Shown one piece after another: positions 53,729 through 64,000 of a stretch of 64,000 nt of DNA; the stretch's first letter is position 1; the number at the start of each line of letters is the position of its first letter. Source of the stretch: a virus. The DNA lies in the IMG/VR virus record IMGVR_UViG_3300043409_001318, positions 64,001-128,000 of that record, one strand, 5' to 3'. Below the pieces are notes generated by a model. That model was not told where the DNA came from. It did not search any database and saw only the letters and a list, made by a program, of their open reading frames with translations. The position numbers and the translations under genes were made by a program.

Positions 53729-54118
53729 ATGGCAGGATTAGCACCACGTTTACCATTAACCATAGACCAAATTGATGGTGCTTATGGACTTTTGAAGGAT
53801 ATTACAACATTAGCTCAACAAAACCTAAGAATGTTAGTTCTTACCGGAAAAGGTGAAAGAATAATGATACCAGAATATGGTGTTGGTTTAAAAAGAAAGT
53901 TATTTGAAAATAAAAGCCAATCTTTAGAAAGTTCTATTCAATCAGCAATAACTTCACAGGTTAATAAATATTTATCATATATCTCTATTAAAAAAATAGA
54001 AATAGGCGAATCACAAGATACTTTAACAAATCTATCAGTTGAGCAATCATACGAACTTAAAATAACTTATATAATAATACCCACAAATGAAACAGATATG
54101 CTAACTATTACTTTATAG
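53729..54118 (+). CDS. gp25: Baseplate wedge subunit, T4 gp25/GPW-like
   Basis: QNLRMLVLTGKGERIMIPEYGVGL..LFE. Confidence 0.88.
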   Translation: MAGLAPRLPLTIDQIDGAYGLLKDITTLAQQNLRMLVLTGKGERIMIPEYGVGLKRKLFENKSQSLESSIQSAITSQVNKYLSYISIKKIEIGESQDTLTNLSVEQSYELKITYIIIPTNETDMLTITL

Positions 54119-54130
54119 CACTATTTATTT

Positions 54131-55933
54131 GTGGAACCAATAAGAATGGCAAATAAGAAAGTACCAATCAAATATACATCAAGAGATTTTAATTCTATAA
54201 AAGCAGATTTAGTAGATCATGCTAAAAGATATTATCCAAATACAGTAAAAGATTTCAACGAATCATCGTTTGGTTCGTTGATGTTTGATTCTGTGTCCTA
54301 TGTTGGAGATATTCTTTCATTTTATCTTGATTATAATGTCAATGAATCTTTTTTAACTACAGCACTTGAAAGAAAGAATGTTTTAAAATTAGCTAGACAA
54401 ATGGGTTTTAAAATACCTGCAAAAGCTGTATCCTATGGGACAATACAATTATATGTGTTAATCCCAGTTAACTCATTAGGAACTGGACCAGATACTGCTT
54501 ACACCCCTATTATAGAAAAAGGAACTACTGTAAGATCTAATGCTGGTCAACAATATATCTTAACCGAAGATGTTGATTTTAGTAATCCAAATAATCCCAT
54601 AGTTGTCGCAAGAGTAAGTCCAACAACAGGTTTACCAACAAGTTATGCGATAAAATCTTCTGGTGTTGTAATGTCTGGTCGTTTTAGAGAACAGATATTT
54701 ACAATTGGAGAGTTTGAAAAGTTCAAAAAAATACCTTTAAATTCTACAAATATTACTGAGGTTTTATCTGCTGTCGATAATGAAGGTCACGAATACTACG
54801 AAGTAGATTATTTGTCACAAGATGTAATCTACAAAGAAGTAAAAAATTCAGATTCTACAACTGTAACAAGTTTATTAAAACCATTTCCTGTTCCAAGAAG
54901 ATTTATTCTTGAAAGAACGATAGATAATATTTATATACAATTTGGATTTGGATCAGAAGACCAAATAACGTCCGATACTGTTATTGACCCTTCACAAGTT
55001 GTTTTGTCATTACAAACAAAAAATTATGTTACTGATACTTCTTTTGACCCGACCAATATTGTTAAAACTGACAAACTTGGAGTTGGACCTTCTAATACAA
55101 CTTTAAGAGTTAGATATCTTGAAAATGATGATAGTACATCCAATTCACCAGCAGCAAATGTAAAAACAGTATCATCACTAAAAATAAGATTTAGAGATAG
55201 ATTATCGTTATCAAACAATTCTGTATCAGAAGTAGCTAATAGTGTTGAAGTAAACAACGAAGAACCAATTGTTGGAGAAGTTAGTGAGCTTGAAACCGAA
55301 GAAATTAAAATAAAAACATTGGATTTTTATGCTTCTCAAAATAGAGCAGTTTCTAAACAAGATTATATAGCTTTAACTTATGCTATGCCAAATAAATTTG
55401 GAGCAGTTAAACGTTGTAACATAATTCAAGATTCAAATTCTTTTAAAAGAAATTTGAATATGTATGTTATATCAGAGAATTCAGCAGGTAATTTAGTCCA
55501 AACAAACACAGTTATTAAACAAAATTTAAAGAATTGGCTTAACAACAATAGAATGGTAAACGACACAATAGATATAATGGATGCTAAAATAGTAAATATA
55601 GGAATTAATTTTTCTGTTATTTCTACAACTGACAGTGATAAATACGATGTTTTACAATCATGTTATTTAGCTTTAATTGCAAAATATAATATTAAATTTG
55701 AAATAAGCGAACCATTTAGCATATCAGATATTTATACAACATTAAATAAATTGGATGGTGTTTCAGACGTTGTTAATGTTGAGATAACTACCAAAACAGG
55801 TGCTCCTTATTCTACAACAAGATTAGATATTCAAGCTCAAACTTCACCAGATGGAAGGTATATAAATGTTCCTAGTAATGTAATACTAGAATTATTAAAT
55901 CCAGCATCAGATATTAAAGGAACCATAAGATAA
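54131..55933 (+). CDS. gp6: Baseplate wedge subunit, T4 gp6/baseplate J-like (start may be ATG 54147)
   Basis: YTSRDFNSIK, SFYLD...NESFL.TA, QNRAVSKQDY; CTATTTA at 54121. Confidence 0.88.
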   Translation: MEPIRMANKKVPIKYTSRDFNSIKADLVDHAKRYYPNTVKDFNESSFGSLMFDSVSYVGDILSFYLDYNVNESFLTTALERKNVLKLARQMGFKIPAKAVSYGTIQLYVLIPVNSLGTGPDTAYTPIIEKGTTVRSNAGQQYILTEDVDFSNPNNPIVVARVSPTTGLPTSYAIKSSGVVMSGRFREQIFTIGEFEKFKKIPLNSTNITEVLSAVDNEGHEYYEVDYLSQDVIYKEVKNSDSTTVTSLLKPFPVPRRFILERTIDNIYIQFGFGSEDQITSDTVIDPSQVVLSLQTKNYVTDTSFDPTNIVKTDKLGVGPSNTTLRVRYLENDDSTSNSPAANVKTVSSLKIRFRDRLSLSNNSVSEVANSVEVNNEEPIVGEVSELETEEIKIKTLDFYASQNRAVSKQDYIALTYAMPNKFGAVKRCNIIQDSNSFKRNLNMYVISENSAGNLVQTNTVIKQNLKNWLNNNRMVNDTIDIMDAKIVNIGINFSVISTTDSDKYDVLQSCYLALIAKYNIKFEISEPFSISDIYTTLNKLDGVSDVVNVEITTKTGAPYSTTRLDIQAQTSPDGRYINVPSNVILELLNPASDIKGTIR

Positions 55934-57369
55934 TGGCTATAAAACGTTATTCTTCAAATGCCGATACAACTATCACTAATGCTTTTAAAGCCAATTTGGT
56001 AAGCAGAGGGGTTAGTGGAAATATGGGTCAATCCGACATACTTGAAGTATTCAGTATTTATGGTCAATCAAGCCCTTCATCCTCCGAACTTTCTCGTGTT
56101 TTGGTTCAATTTCCAATTAATGATATAATAACCGACAGAGTAAATGCTTTAATTCCTGCTTCTGGTTCAATTTCTTGGTTCTTAAAACTTTATAACGCTA
56201 AACATGGTCAAACTCTTCCAAAAGATTATACCATGACAATATCAGCCGTTTCTTCCTCTTGGAATGAAGGATATGGTTTAGATATGGAAGAATATAGCGA
56301 TATAGGATATGCTAACTGGAATACTGCTACATCATCCTCTGCTGGAACGTCTAGTTGGACTTCTGCCGGTGGTGATTATCATACCTCTCCTACGGCTTCA
56401 TATTTCTTTAGCAAAGGCACAGAAGACCTTATAGTGGACGTAAGCCATATAGTAGAACAATGGATAACTGGTAGTAAAACAAACTACGGATTTGGTGTAA
56501 AACTTTCATCAAGTCACGAACAAGCTGCACAATCATTTTATACTAAAAAATTCTTTGCCAGAGGAACAGAATTCTTCTTTAAGAAACCAACATTAGAAGC
56601 TCGTTGGAATTCTGTTCGTCGCGACAATAGAGGTTATTTCTTTGCTTCTAGCTCACTAGCTTCAGCAGCAGATAATCTAAATACAATTTATCTTTATAAT
56701 GTAGTGAGAGGACAACTCAAAAATATCCCAGCAGTAGGAACAGGTAGCATATATGTGAAAGTATTTACTGACTCTTCTGGTAGCACTACAATTACAACAA
56801 CACCAAATACCCCTGTAACTGGTGGTTGGGTATCAACAGGGATTTATTCAGCTTCGTTTGCTTTGAACACAACATCAAGTGAAGCATTTGATAGATGGTT
56901 TAATTCTACACTAACAACTTGTTTCCACACAGGAGCAATAGATATTTATGATTTAGATTCACAAGATTATAGCCCATCAAATAGGTATGTTGTTTCTTGT
57001 ACAAATCTTAAAGCAATTTATTATCCAGAAGAACAAGCAAGGTTTCGTTTCTTTACTCGTAAAAAAGATTGGTCACCCACTATTTATACTGTAGCAACAA
57101 GTTTCATACCATCGGAGATAATCGAAAGCGCGTCATACAAATTGGTTAGAGTGTCAGATAACCTAGAAGTTATACCATACGGAACAGGTTCTTTATTACA
57201 CACAGGTCTTTCTTATGATGTTTCTGGAAGTTATTTTGACTTGGATATGAACTTATTAGAAACAGATTATTCTTACCAGATTAAATTAAATTTTTATGAT
57301 GGTGCTACAAATAGTTGGAAAGAGCAATCAGAAACCTTCAAATTCAGAGTAGAAAAGAATGAGCCTTAA
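55933..57369 (+). CDS. Virion structural protein (baseplate/tail, Ser/Thr-rich)
   Basis: ADTTI, SRVLVQF, WNEGYG, P.LEARW pattern; follows the gp6-like gene. Confidence 0.6.
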   Translation: MAIKRYSSNADTTITNAFKANLVSRGVSGNMGQSDILEVFSIYGQSSPSSSELSRVLVQFPINDIITDRVNALIPASGSISWFLKLYNAKHGQTLPKDYTMTISAVSSSWNEGYGLDMEEYSDIGYANWNTATSSSAGTSSWTSAGGDYHTSPTASYFFSKGTEDLIVDVSHIVEQWITGSKTNYGFGVKLSSSHEQAAQSFYTKKFFARGTEFFFKKPTLEARWNSVRRDNRGYFFASSSLASAADNLNTIYLYNVVRGQLKNIPAVGTGSIYVKVFTDSSGSTTITTTPNTPVTGGWVSTGIYSASFALNTTSSEAFDRWFNSTLTTCFHTGAIDIYDLDSQDYSPSNRYVVSCTNLKAIYYPEEQARFRFFTRKKDWSPTIYTVATSFIPSEIIESASYKLVRVSDNLEVIPYGTGSLLHTGLSYDVSGSYFDLDMNLLETDYSYQIKLNFYDGATNSWKEQSETFKFRVEKNEP

Positions 57370-60300
57370 AGATTACTTCTTAAAAAATACCACAATAATA
57401 AATCAAGCTAGTTCTCAAGATATTGAGCAAGAAGTAGATTCAAAAGGTTATTTAGAACAATTCAAAAAAGATAAAAATGAATTTGTTCCCTTGGTTGATT
57501 TTGAAGATCCAGCAAATTTTATATTCTTTGGTTCTGCTAGAAAACAATATTTAAGCACAATTTTTAGAATATACAACACTTATCCTTATGATGGTTCAAG
57601 AACAGAGAAACTTAAATGGCAAAATGAATCATCTTATTTTGATAAATGGTTTTTAACTAATAAGTATCCAAAAACTACTGGTTATGCAATTATCTCTGCT
57701 AATGGTTGGGGATCGAAAGTAGGAAGCACAGTTAGTGGTTATGGTGAACCATTATCAAAAGAATATATACAATTTAAAGGTGGCCCAAATACAGCATCTA
57801 TGGGTATGGCTGGTGTACCTATAAGCAATACCTTTGCTTATTCAAACATCTATGATCCAGACACAAATAGAGTTTCTAATTTAGAATTGGAGACAACAGG
57901 TGGTGTTACAGTTGAATTTTGGTTAAAAAAAGATTCATTCAATACATCAAACACACAAAAAGAAGTTGTATTTGACCTTTGGAATAGTCAACTATCTTCA
58001 AGCACTTCTTATGGTAGATTAACTGTTGAATTATCTGGTAACACCTCTTCACCATTTTATGTAACATTACAATCTGGTTCTGCTGGTTTTTATAACCAAC
58101 AAATTGGTTCATCAGTTACAACTTCTTCTTTATCTACTTGGCATCATTACACTTTAAGTTTTGTTAATAACTCTACAAGTGGAATAGATGTTAAATTTTA
58201 TGTAGATGGTAACCTAAATACTTCTACAACATTAGGAACTTCTATTAACGAAGTTGCTGGTGCTTTAATAGCAAATGTTGGTGCTTTAAGAACTGCTCCG
58301 TCTGGTGTATTAGGTGTCAGTGAAGGTTGGGGTAAATTATCTGGTTCGCTAGATGAATTTAGATATTGGAAAGTTAAAAGAACTTCGCAAGATATAGGAA
58401 GAAATTGGTGGTCCACTATTAACGGTGGTTCAAATACTGACGATTATAATACAGATATTGGAGTATACTATAAATTCAATGAAGGTATCACTACTAATAA
58501 TTCCAGAGACGCAGTAGTATTAGATTATTCTGGTCGTGTATCAAACGGTTATTGGACAGGGTATACAAGTAATTCAAGAAATACAAGCTCTGCTATCAAC
58601 GAATATAGCACAGATTATACAGAATTAGCAGAACCAATAATATATTCTAACCATCCAAGCGTATCAAACGCAATAGAAGAATATACCCAATCTGGTTCAT
58701 ATTATGATTATAACAACCCTTCTTCAGTTTATAACTCTTTGCCACAATGGATATTGGATGAAGATGCGGAAAATGGTGAACAATTACTAGAACTTATTTC
58801 TATAATGTCAAGTTATCTTGATAAATTATATTTACAAATTAAAGCTGTTCCTTCGTTAAAAAATCAATATGATTTTGTATCTGGTAGTTCGGCAAAGCCT
58901 CTTCCTTATTCAAGAGAGTTATTAAACTCAACAGGCTTAACTTCTCCAGATTTATTTCTTGATGCTACAGTTTTTGAATCAATTTTATCAAGAACCAATA
59001 CAGAACAATTTGAAGAAAATTTATACAATATAAAGAATTTAATTTATCAAAACATATATTCAAATTTAGTAAACCTTTATAAGTCTAAAGGAACAGAAAA
59101 AGCATACAAGAATCTTTTACATTGTTTTGGTATAGATGAATCATTAGTAAAAATTAATCTTTACACTTCTAATGTAACTTTTGAATTTAAAGACAGTTTT
59201 GAAACTCGCGCAATTAAAAAACGTATGTTGGACTTTAACAATCCAGATCGTAATGTTTCTACAGTTTACCAATTTAAAGATTCAACAAATACCAATAGCA
59301 CTTCTTATTTAACAGGTAATTTAGAATCTGTTTACGTTCCTGTTACAATTGAAGCAGAAGCATATTTTCCTGTAATACAATTAGATTTTGATGATTCATA
59401 TAATAGCTTGTTTATCAATTCTTCAATATTTGGTATGCACGCAGCAAAAGTTGATGCTGATGATTTAACATGGGCTTCAACTGATTACGCAAACTTTCAA
59501 GTTAAATCACACAAATTTTCATTAGATTCAAAAGATGCTTATTTCTCAATTTCATCATCAGCACCGTTTCCAATACCATATTTAACATCAAGTTTATTTA
59601 CAGACGTATATGATAATACTAAATGGAATTTTGCTGTATCAATACAACATAATAAGAATAATTTATCTAATTTTGTATCTGGAAGTACGGATGTTGATTA
59701 TACCTTAACGTTCTCTGGCTACAATTTAATGGGTGATACAACTATTAATGAGTTTTCAGTATCAGCTTCTATAGATAAAACAACAGCAACCAATTTTCTT
59801 TCATCTAATAAAAGATTATATGGTGGCGCAGAAAGAACTAATTTCAGTGGTTCTGTAATTACACAATCGGATATAAGATTAAGCGATCTTAAATATTGGA
59901 ATCTTTATTTAGACGAAACAGAAATATTAGCACATTCAAGAGATTTAGAAAATTACGGAACTTTAAATCCATTAAACAACACTTTAGCCTTTAATTTAAG
60001 CGCAAGTAACTTTGTTTTACCAGAATCAAAAGCTTTATTATTACACTTAAACTTTGAGAATGTTACAGGTTCTGATTCAAACGGAAGATTCACAGTAATA
60101 GATGCTTCATCTGGTAGTGTTGGAAACCCATATAGATATCCAACTTGGCTTTCTTCTCTTACAGATAAACATTATACTGCTAGAGGTGATTATTTTACTA
60201 CTAGTGATACAACAGTAATTGATACAAATTATATTGTTTCTGCCGTTCAAAAATTACCAGAGTTGATTAATAGCTCTGATATGATTAATATCCTCACACA

Positions 60301-63220
60301 AGATGATGATATTTTTACAAAGGAATCAAGACCAGTTAAATATCAAATTAATTTTGAAAAGAGTATGTACCAAACAATATCTAGCGAAATGCTTAAGATG
60401 TTTGCTACTATAACAGAATTCAATAATCTTATTGGTAGACCAGTAAATAAATATAGATCAGAATATAAAGATATTAAATATCTAAAACAATTATTCTTTG
60501 AGAAAGTAGGTAACGAACCAGATCTTGATAAATATTTGGATTTCTATAAATGGTTTGATTCAGCACTTGGCTCATTCTTAATACAATTTACACCAGCTTC
60601 AGCAGATACTTCTAATGGTCTTTTGAATGTAATTGAAAGCCATGTATTGGAAAGAAATAAATATCAACATAAGTTTCCTTCATTAGAGTTTAAACAAAGA
60701 GATTTAGAAGCTGGTGCTGAAACAATTAATCGCCACCTCTACAATTGGAGAGTTGGTCACCGCCCAATATCGAATAGAGAAGATGATAATTGTTTTTATT
60801 GGAACGAAAGAGCAGAACGTAATGTAGTCCCAATATCTTCATCAAATAGCGGTGTAAATGAATCAAGAAAACAAATATTAAATGTTTCTTTACAAGTTCT
60901 TAATCGCTCATTTACCACACCATATCACTTTAAACTTGATGAAAACAAAGCAATTCAAGGTGGAGTAAACTTTGATAATAATAAGAACCTTGAATTTGCT
61001 ACTATTGCTCTTGCTCCTCACGGTCCTATGGATGCAGATAGTATAATCAATGTTCCAGCTAACTATCTATTTGCTGGTGTTCCAAATACTTCATCACTAC
61101 TTCAAGATTGTAATGATGTTTTAGATCCAAATAAGAAAGTCAAATATCATTTCACAACTATTCACGGCAGAGATTATCTTTCATCTTCATTAAGTTATGG
61201 AGAAGTATTAAGTTCTAAAATTGCCTTACCAGCTAACTTTATAAGTGGAACGATAAATACTGGTTATCAATCACAAGTAGCAAGAGAATTTATGAATGGA
61301 GTTATAATAACTAACATTCACAACGATACTTATGGTTCAAGAAACGAAGTTCCAATTCAAGGTCCATTTACAAATCAATGGGTTGGTGGTCGTCAATCAA
61401 GACACGTTCCATTAAACCAAGGCACAGATACCTACACAACTCGTCCAGAAGCTTGGAAGATACTTATGGGTACTGGTAGCTTCTCTGGCTCATATCAAAC
61501 AGCCATAGGCTTTGTAGGGGCTGATTATCCATATCCAGAAGGTAACGAGGATGAACCATCATATCCAGTTCGTGCTCATTTAAGAGCCACATATTTAAGA
61601 GACGAAACAGTAAAAAGACCAGTAAATATAAGAAATATTCAATCTTCTACTGGTTCTTTAGCACTTGGTAATTACAGACACAGTTATGAGGTTCTTCACT
61701 CTGTTGGTACAACTACAAATAACAGAATGTTGGTTGATGCTATAAATCCAACAATCAACACAGAATTGTATGGAATCTTAAGAACGGATATAACTGATGG
61801 AAGAGTAGATTTTGAATTACCAGTTAGAGCAAGATCAACAACAATATTTAGAAATAAATTTTCTGCTCCCGGTGATTACAGAACAATGTCGAGAGGTTAT
61901 TTAACTCGTTATTCAGAAGAAACCTCACCTTACAACGCTTTACCGTTTAGAAATCGTCAAATTATTGGTGATGGAAGAAGAAATGCAGAATCTATAACAG
62001 TTGATACAACACAATATCCACAAATTGTTTCTGGTTCATCAAAAGATTTAAATACACTTCTTACAATTCCATCTGCATTTGGTGGTTATCAATCTGGTTC
62101 TACCACGATACCTTCATTACATAAGATTCAAAGAAATACTTATCCAATAGTTATTTCATCTTCAACTGGTTTTCAATTAACTGATGCAAAAGATAATGGA
62201 TTTGTAACTCACGCTATACCACAATCGGATGAAGGTTATAGTTGGATTACTGCTTCTATGGCCCCAAATACTTCAAGAAGGTCAACATACTTAGCTGGTT
62301 TAAGATTAGGACCAGCTAGATTATTTAGTAGATTTTCTACTGCATCTGGTAGCACTTCCGAGTATATTAAAAATACATTTATATCTTCAAGTGATATAGT
62401 AAGTTATTTCGATGGTTCTAATAGAAAATTTCCAGCAGATATTACACAACCAAGTATAAGTGGATTGGAACCAATATATGTAGACTTTGTTGGATTAAAT
62501 TCAAATATTTATGAAGTATCTTCTTATGAAAGTTTAGGAAATACTGGTTCTATATTAACAGAATATACTGGTGGACTAGTTCAACAAGTGGTTACAGCTA
62601 ATAACCAACAAAGTGGAATATTTAATGCTTTGTTACTTCACAGAAATGGTCCATATGGATATCCTATTTTTAAACAAATAAGAACTGGTGAACATAGAGT
62701 AGCAAGAAATCTTAGAGAAGATAATTATATTTCTATAGATAAAGGATTTAGGCTTGTAAGTGTTGTTTACCGTGGTTCTCCTAGAAGATTCTTTCCAATT
62801 ACAGAACAAATAGTTGGAACCGAACTTGGAACAGAAATTTACAGAGAACCATCAGTAGAATTAAATTCTTTGCCTTTAATAATAAAAATTAAAGATATGC
62901 TAACACCAGAGACACCAACTTATATAACTCTTAAAACATCATACGAAAATTTAATAAAGAATTTTTCAAATGATGATTTAAATTCAATATTAAACTTGCC
63001 TAAATTTAAAAATGAAGTTACTGTTTATGATACATTATTATCTTTACAAAATTTACGCAATACAAGATATATAATACAACAGATAGAATATGAAACAGTA
63101 GTATTTCCAAGTCCAAGAAATACTACACTTGAATCCAATAGAGAAAGAACAAACTTCTCATTTAATTGGAGAGATTCTAGAAGCAACAGAACAAGAACAA
63201 ACGTTACAAATATATTTTAG
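57359..63220 (+). CDS. Large baseplate/tail protein with LamG-like (ConA lectin) domain (1953 aa)
   Basis: TVEFWLK, WHHYTL, FYVDG, GSLDEFRYW; YKSKGTEKA..LLHCFG (P2 gpI/T4 gp7-like). Confidence 0.65.
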   Translation: MSLKDYFLKNTTIINQASSQDIEQEVDSKGYLEQFKKDKNEFVPLVDFEDPANFIFFGSARKQYLSTIFRIYNTYPYDGSRTEKLKWQNESSYFDKWFLTNKYPKTTGYAIISANGWGSKVGSTVSGYGEPLSKEYIQFKGGPNTASMGMAGVPISNTFAYSNIYDPDTNRVSNLELETTGGVTVEFWLKKDSFNTSNTQKEVVFDLWNSQLSSSTSYGRLTVELSGNTSSPFYVTLQSGSAGFYNQQIGSSVTTSSLSTWHHYTLSFVNNSTSGIDVKFYVDGNLNTSTTLGTSINEVAGALIANVGALRTAPSGVLGVSEGWGKLSGSLDEFRYWKVKRTSQDIGRNWWSTINGGSNTDDYNTDIGVYYKFNEGITTNNSRDAVVLDYSGRVSNGYWTGYTSNSRNTSSAINEYSTDYTELAEPIIYSNHPSVSNAIEEYTQSGSYYDYNNPSSVYNSLPQWILDEDAENGEQLLELISIMSSYLDKLYLQIKAVPSLKNQYDFVSGSSAKPLPYSRELLNSTGLTSPDLFLDATVFESILSRTNTEQFEENLYNIKNLIYQNIYSNLVNLYKSKGTEKAYKNLLHCFGIDESLVKINLYTSNVTFEFKDSFETRAIKKRMLDFNNPDRNVSTVYQFKDSTNTNSTSYLTGNLESVYVPVTIEAEAYFPVIQLDFDDSYNSLFINSSIFGMHAAKVDADDLTWASTDYANFQVKSHKFSLDSKDAYFSISSSAPFPIPYLTSSLFTDVYDNTKWNFAVSIQHNKNNLSNFVSGSTDVDYTLTFSGYNLMGDTTINEFSVSASIDKTTATNFLSSNKRLYGGAERTNFSGSVITQSDIRLSDLKYWNLYLDETEILAHSRDLENYGTLNPLNNTLAFNLSASNFVLPESKALLLHLNFENVTGSDSNGRFTVIDASSGSVGNPYRYPTWLSSLTDKHYTARGDYFTTSDTTVIDTNYIVSAVQKLPELINSSDMINILTQDDDIFTKESRPVKYQINFEKSMYQTISSEMLKMFATITEFNNLIGRPVNKYRSEYKDIKYLKQLFFEKVGNEPDLDKYLDFYKWFDSALGSFLIQFTPASADTSNGLLNVIESHVLERNKYQHKFPSLEFKQRDLEAGAETINRHLYNWRVGHRPISNREDDNCFYWNERAERNVVPISSSNSGVNESRKQILNVSLQVLNRSFTTPYHFKLDENKAIQGGVNFDNNKNLEFATIALAPHGPMDADSIINVPANYLFAGVPNTSSLLQDCNDVLDPNKKVKYHFTTIHGRDYLSSSLSYGEVLSSKIALPANFISGTINTGYQSQVAREFMNGVIITNIHNDTYGSRNEVPIQGPFTNQWVGGRQSRHVPLNQGTDTYTTRPEAWKILMGTGSFSGSYQTAIGFVGADYPYPEGNEDEPSYPVRAHLRATYLRDETVKRPVNIRNIQSSTGSLALGNYRHSYEVLHSVGTTTNNRMLVDAINPTINTELYGILRTDITDGRVDFELPVRARSTTIFRNKFSAPGDYRTMSRGYLTRYSEETSPYNALPFRNRQIIGDGRRNAESITVDTTQYPQIVSGSSKDLNTLLTIPSAFGGYQSGSTTIPSLHKIQRNTYPIVISSSTGFQLTDAKDNGFVTHAIPQSDEGYSWITASMAPNTSRRSTYLAGLRLGPARLFSRFSTASGSTSEYIKNTFISSSDIVSYFDGSNRKFPADITQPSISGLEPIYVDFVGLNSNIYEVSSYESLGNTGSILTEYTGGLVQQVVTANNQQSGIFNALLLHRNGPYGYPIFKQIRTGEHRVARNLREDNYISIDKGFRLVSVVYRGSPRRFFPITEQIVGTELGTEIYREPSVELNSLPLIIKIKDMLTPETPTYITLKTSYENLIKNFSNDDLNSILNLPKFKNEVTVYDTLLSLQNLRNTRYIIQQIEYETVVFPSPRNTTLESNRERTNFSFNWRDSRSNRTRTNVTNIF

Positions 63221-63228
63221 GGAGTAGC

Positions 63229-64000
63229 ATGAGCATAACAATACCAAGTCAAAGTATGTGGCCTTTAGATGGAAGATTAAACTATAACGCTCCTTCCACA
63301 ACTGGTTCTACTGGTGGCGAAGGTATACTCCAAAATAATTATTCTTTTCTTACTGGTTCTGTATTATCTAATTTTACTTCATCAATAAGTTATATTTATA
63401 AACATTCTATACAATCACAGGCAAGCGTTAAATCAAAATCTGGTATCTCACATATTATTACTAGTAGTACCTCTATACCAACTTCATCATTATATATAAA
63501 CACAGCAAATTGGGATGTAGCAAACCAAGCAGGAAAAGGTCCATATTACGATAATTATGAATCTTGGTTAGGTGTTTCAAAATATGCTACAAAAGAGTAT
63601 AGTATATTACCAGAATATAAGATTAGTGATGCCGGATTGAGAGTTTATAATGATAATACTTTAGATTTAACATCTGGTGATGATTACTTCTTAAGTTTGA
63701 CGGGAGCCTTATATTCTTCTTCAATTGAAACAAATTTTTATGAAACGTTCGCTCACTCAGACAATAATGAAAAATTATTAAAGATAGTAACTGATATTCC
63801 AAATAGCACAGGTAAAATTGATATTGATATTTCAGCACTAATAAAATTTAATCCATATGAAGGTTTTTATCCAGCAGAAAGAACAGTTCAATTAGCAACA
63901 TTATTTTCTTCTTCTTATGCTGATAAGTTTTTCTACTCTAAAAGCGGAACAAGAGTTACAAGTTCGGCAGATAAAAAAGCATTATTAGGTAAAGCAATAC
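63229..64000 (+). CDS. 3'-truncated virion structural protein
   Basis: GGAG SD, ATG 63229, reads MSITIPSQSMWPLDG...; no stop seen in the part translated; not in the ORF track, consistent with running off the window end. Confidence 0.7.
   Translation, partial: MSITIPSQSMWPLDGRLNYNAPSTTGSTGGEGILQNNYSFLTGSVLSNFTSSISYIYKHSIQSQASVKSKSGISHIITSSTSIPTSSLYINTANWDVANQAGKGPYYDNYESWLGVSKYATKEYSILPEYKISDAGLRVYNDNTLDLTSGDDYFLSLTGALYSSSIETNFYETFAHSDNNEKLLKIVTDIPNSTGKIDIDISALIKFNPYEGFYPAERTVQLATLFSSSYADKFFYSKSGTRVTSSADKKALLGKAI

Noticed and set aside
1-64000. Alternative genetic code (stop-codon reassignment) as seen in some large phages
   Set aside because: Long genes are intact under code 11, and TAA, TAG and TGA all end genes at sensible boundaries; the single in-frame TAA at 10287 is better explained as decay
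1-64000. Eukaryotic giant virus origin (zinc knuckle, kinases, many glycosyltransferases)
   Set aside because: Shine-Dalgarno sites, sigma70 promoters, Rho-independent terminators, a phage sigma factor and gp25/gp6 baseplate genes indicate a bacteriophage

Overview
A 64 kb segment of a large lytic tailed phage with a T4-like myophage tail: gp25- and gp6-like baseplate genes, a gp55-like late sigma factor and PhoH. It uses standard genetic code 11, and almost every gene is on the + strand. It has four zones. (1) 1-8.1 kb is a visibly GC-richer early/host-takeover zone with a repeated CCTTGAC..GGTTAAG promoter, a CCHC zinc-knuckle protein, a MoxR AAA+ ATPase and its vWA/metallopeptidase partner, and a tandem array of small paralogous 'xIGDxV' beta-barrel-like ORFs. 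(2) 8.3-28.5 kb is an AT-rich zone whose genes are preceded by a CTA(T/A)TTA late-promoter-like motif; several unrelated enzymes here (nucleotidyltransferase, two kinase-like proteins, DEDDh exonuclease) share an N-terminal MKxLLENWxxYLxE leader that recalls a T4 capsid-targeting sequence. It also holds a GH46-like lysin, dCMP deaminase, YkuK RNase H-like protein, TrmH methylase, small lipoproteins, PIN-PhoH and a PD-(D/E)xK nuclease. (3) 29.3-44.3 kb is a glycosylation island, including an apparently complete NDP-heptose pathway. (4) 45-64 kb holds the late sigma factor and baseplate/tail structural genes. I found no tRNA, CRISPR array, integrase, transposase or reverse transcriptase. All family calls come from motifs read by eye; no database searches were run.
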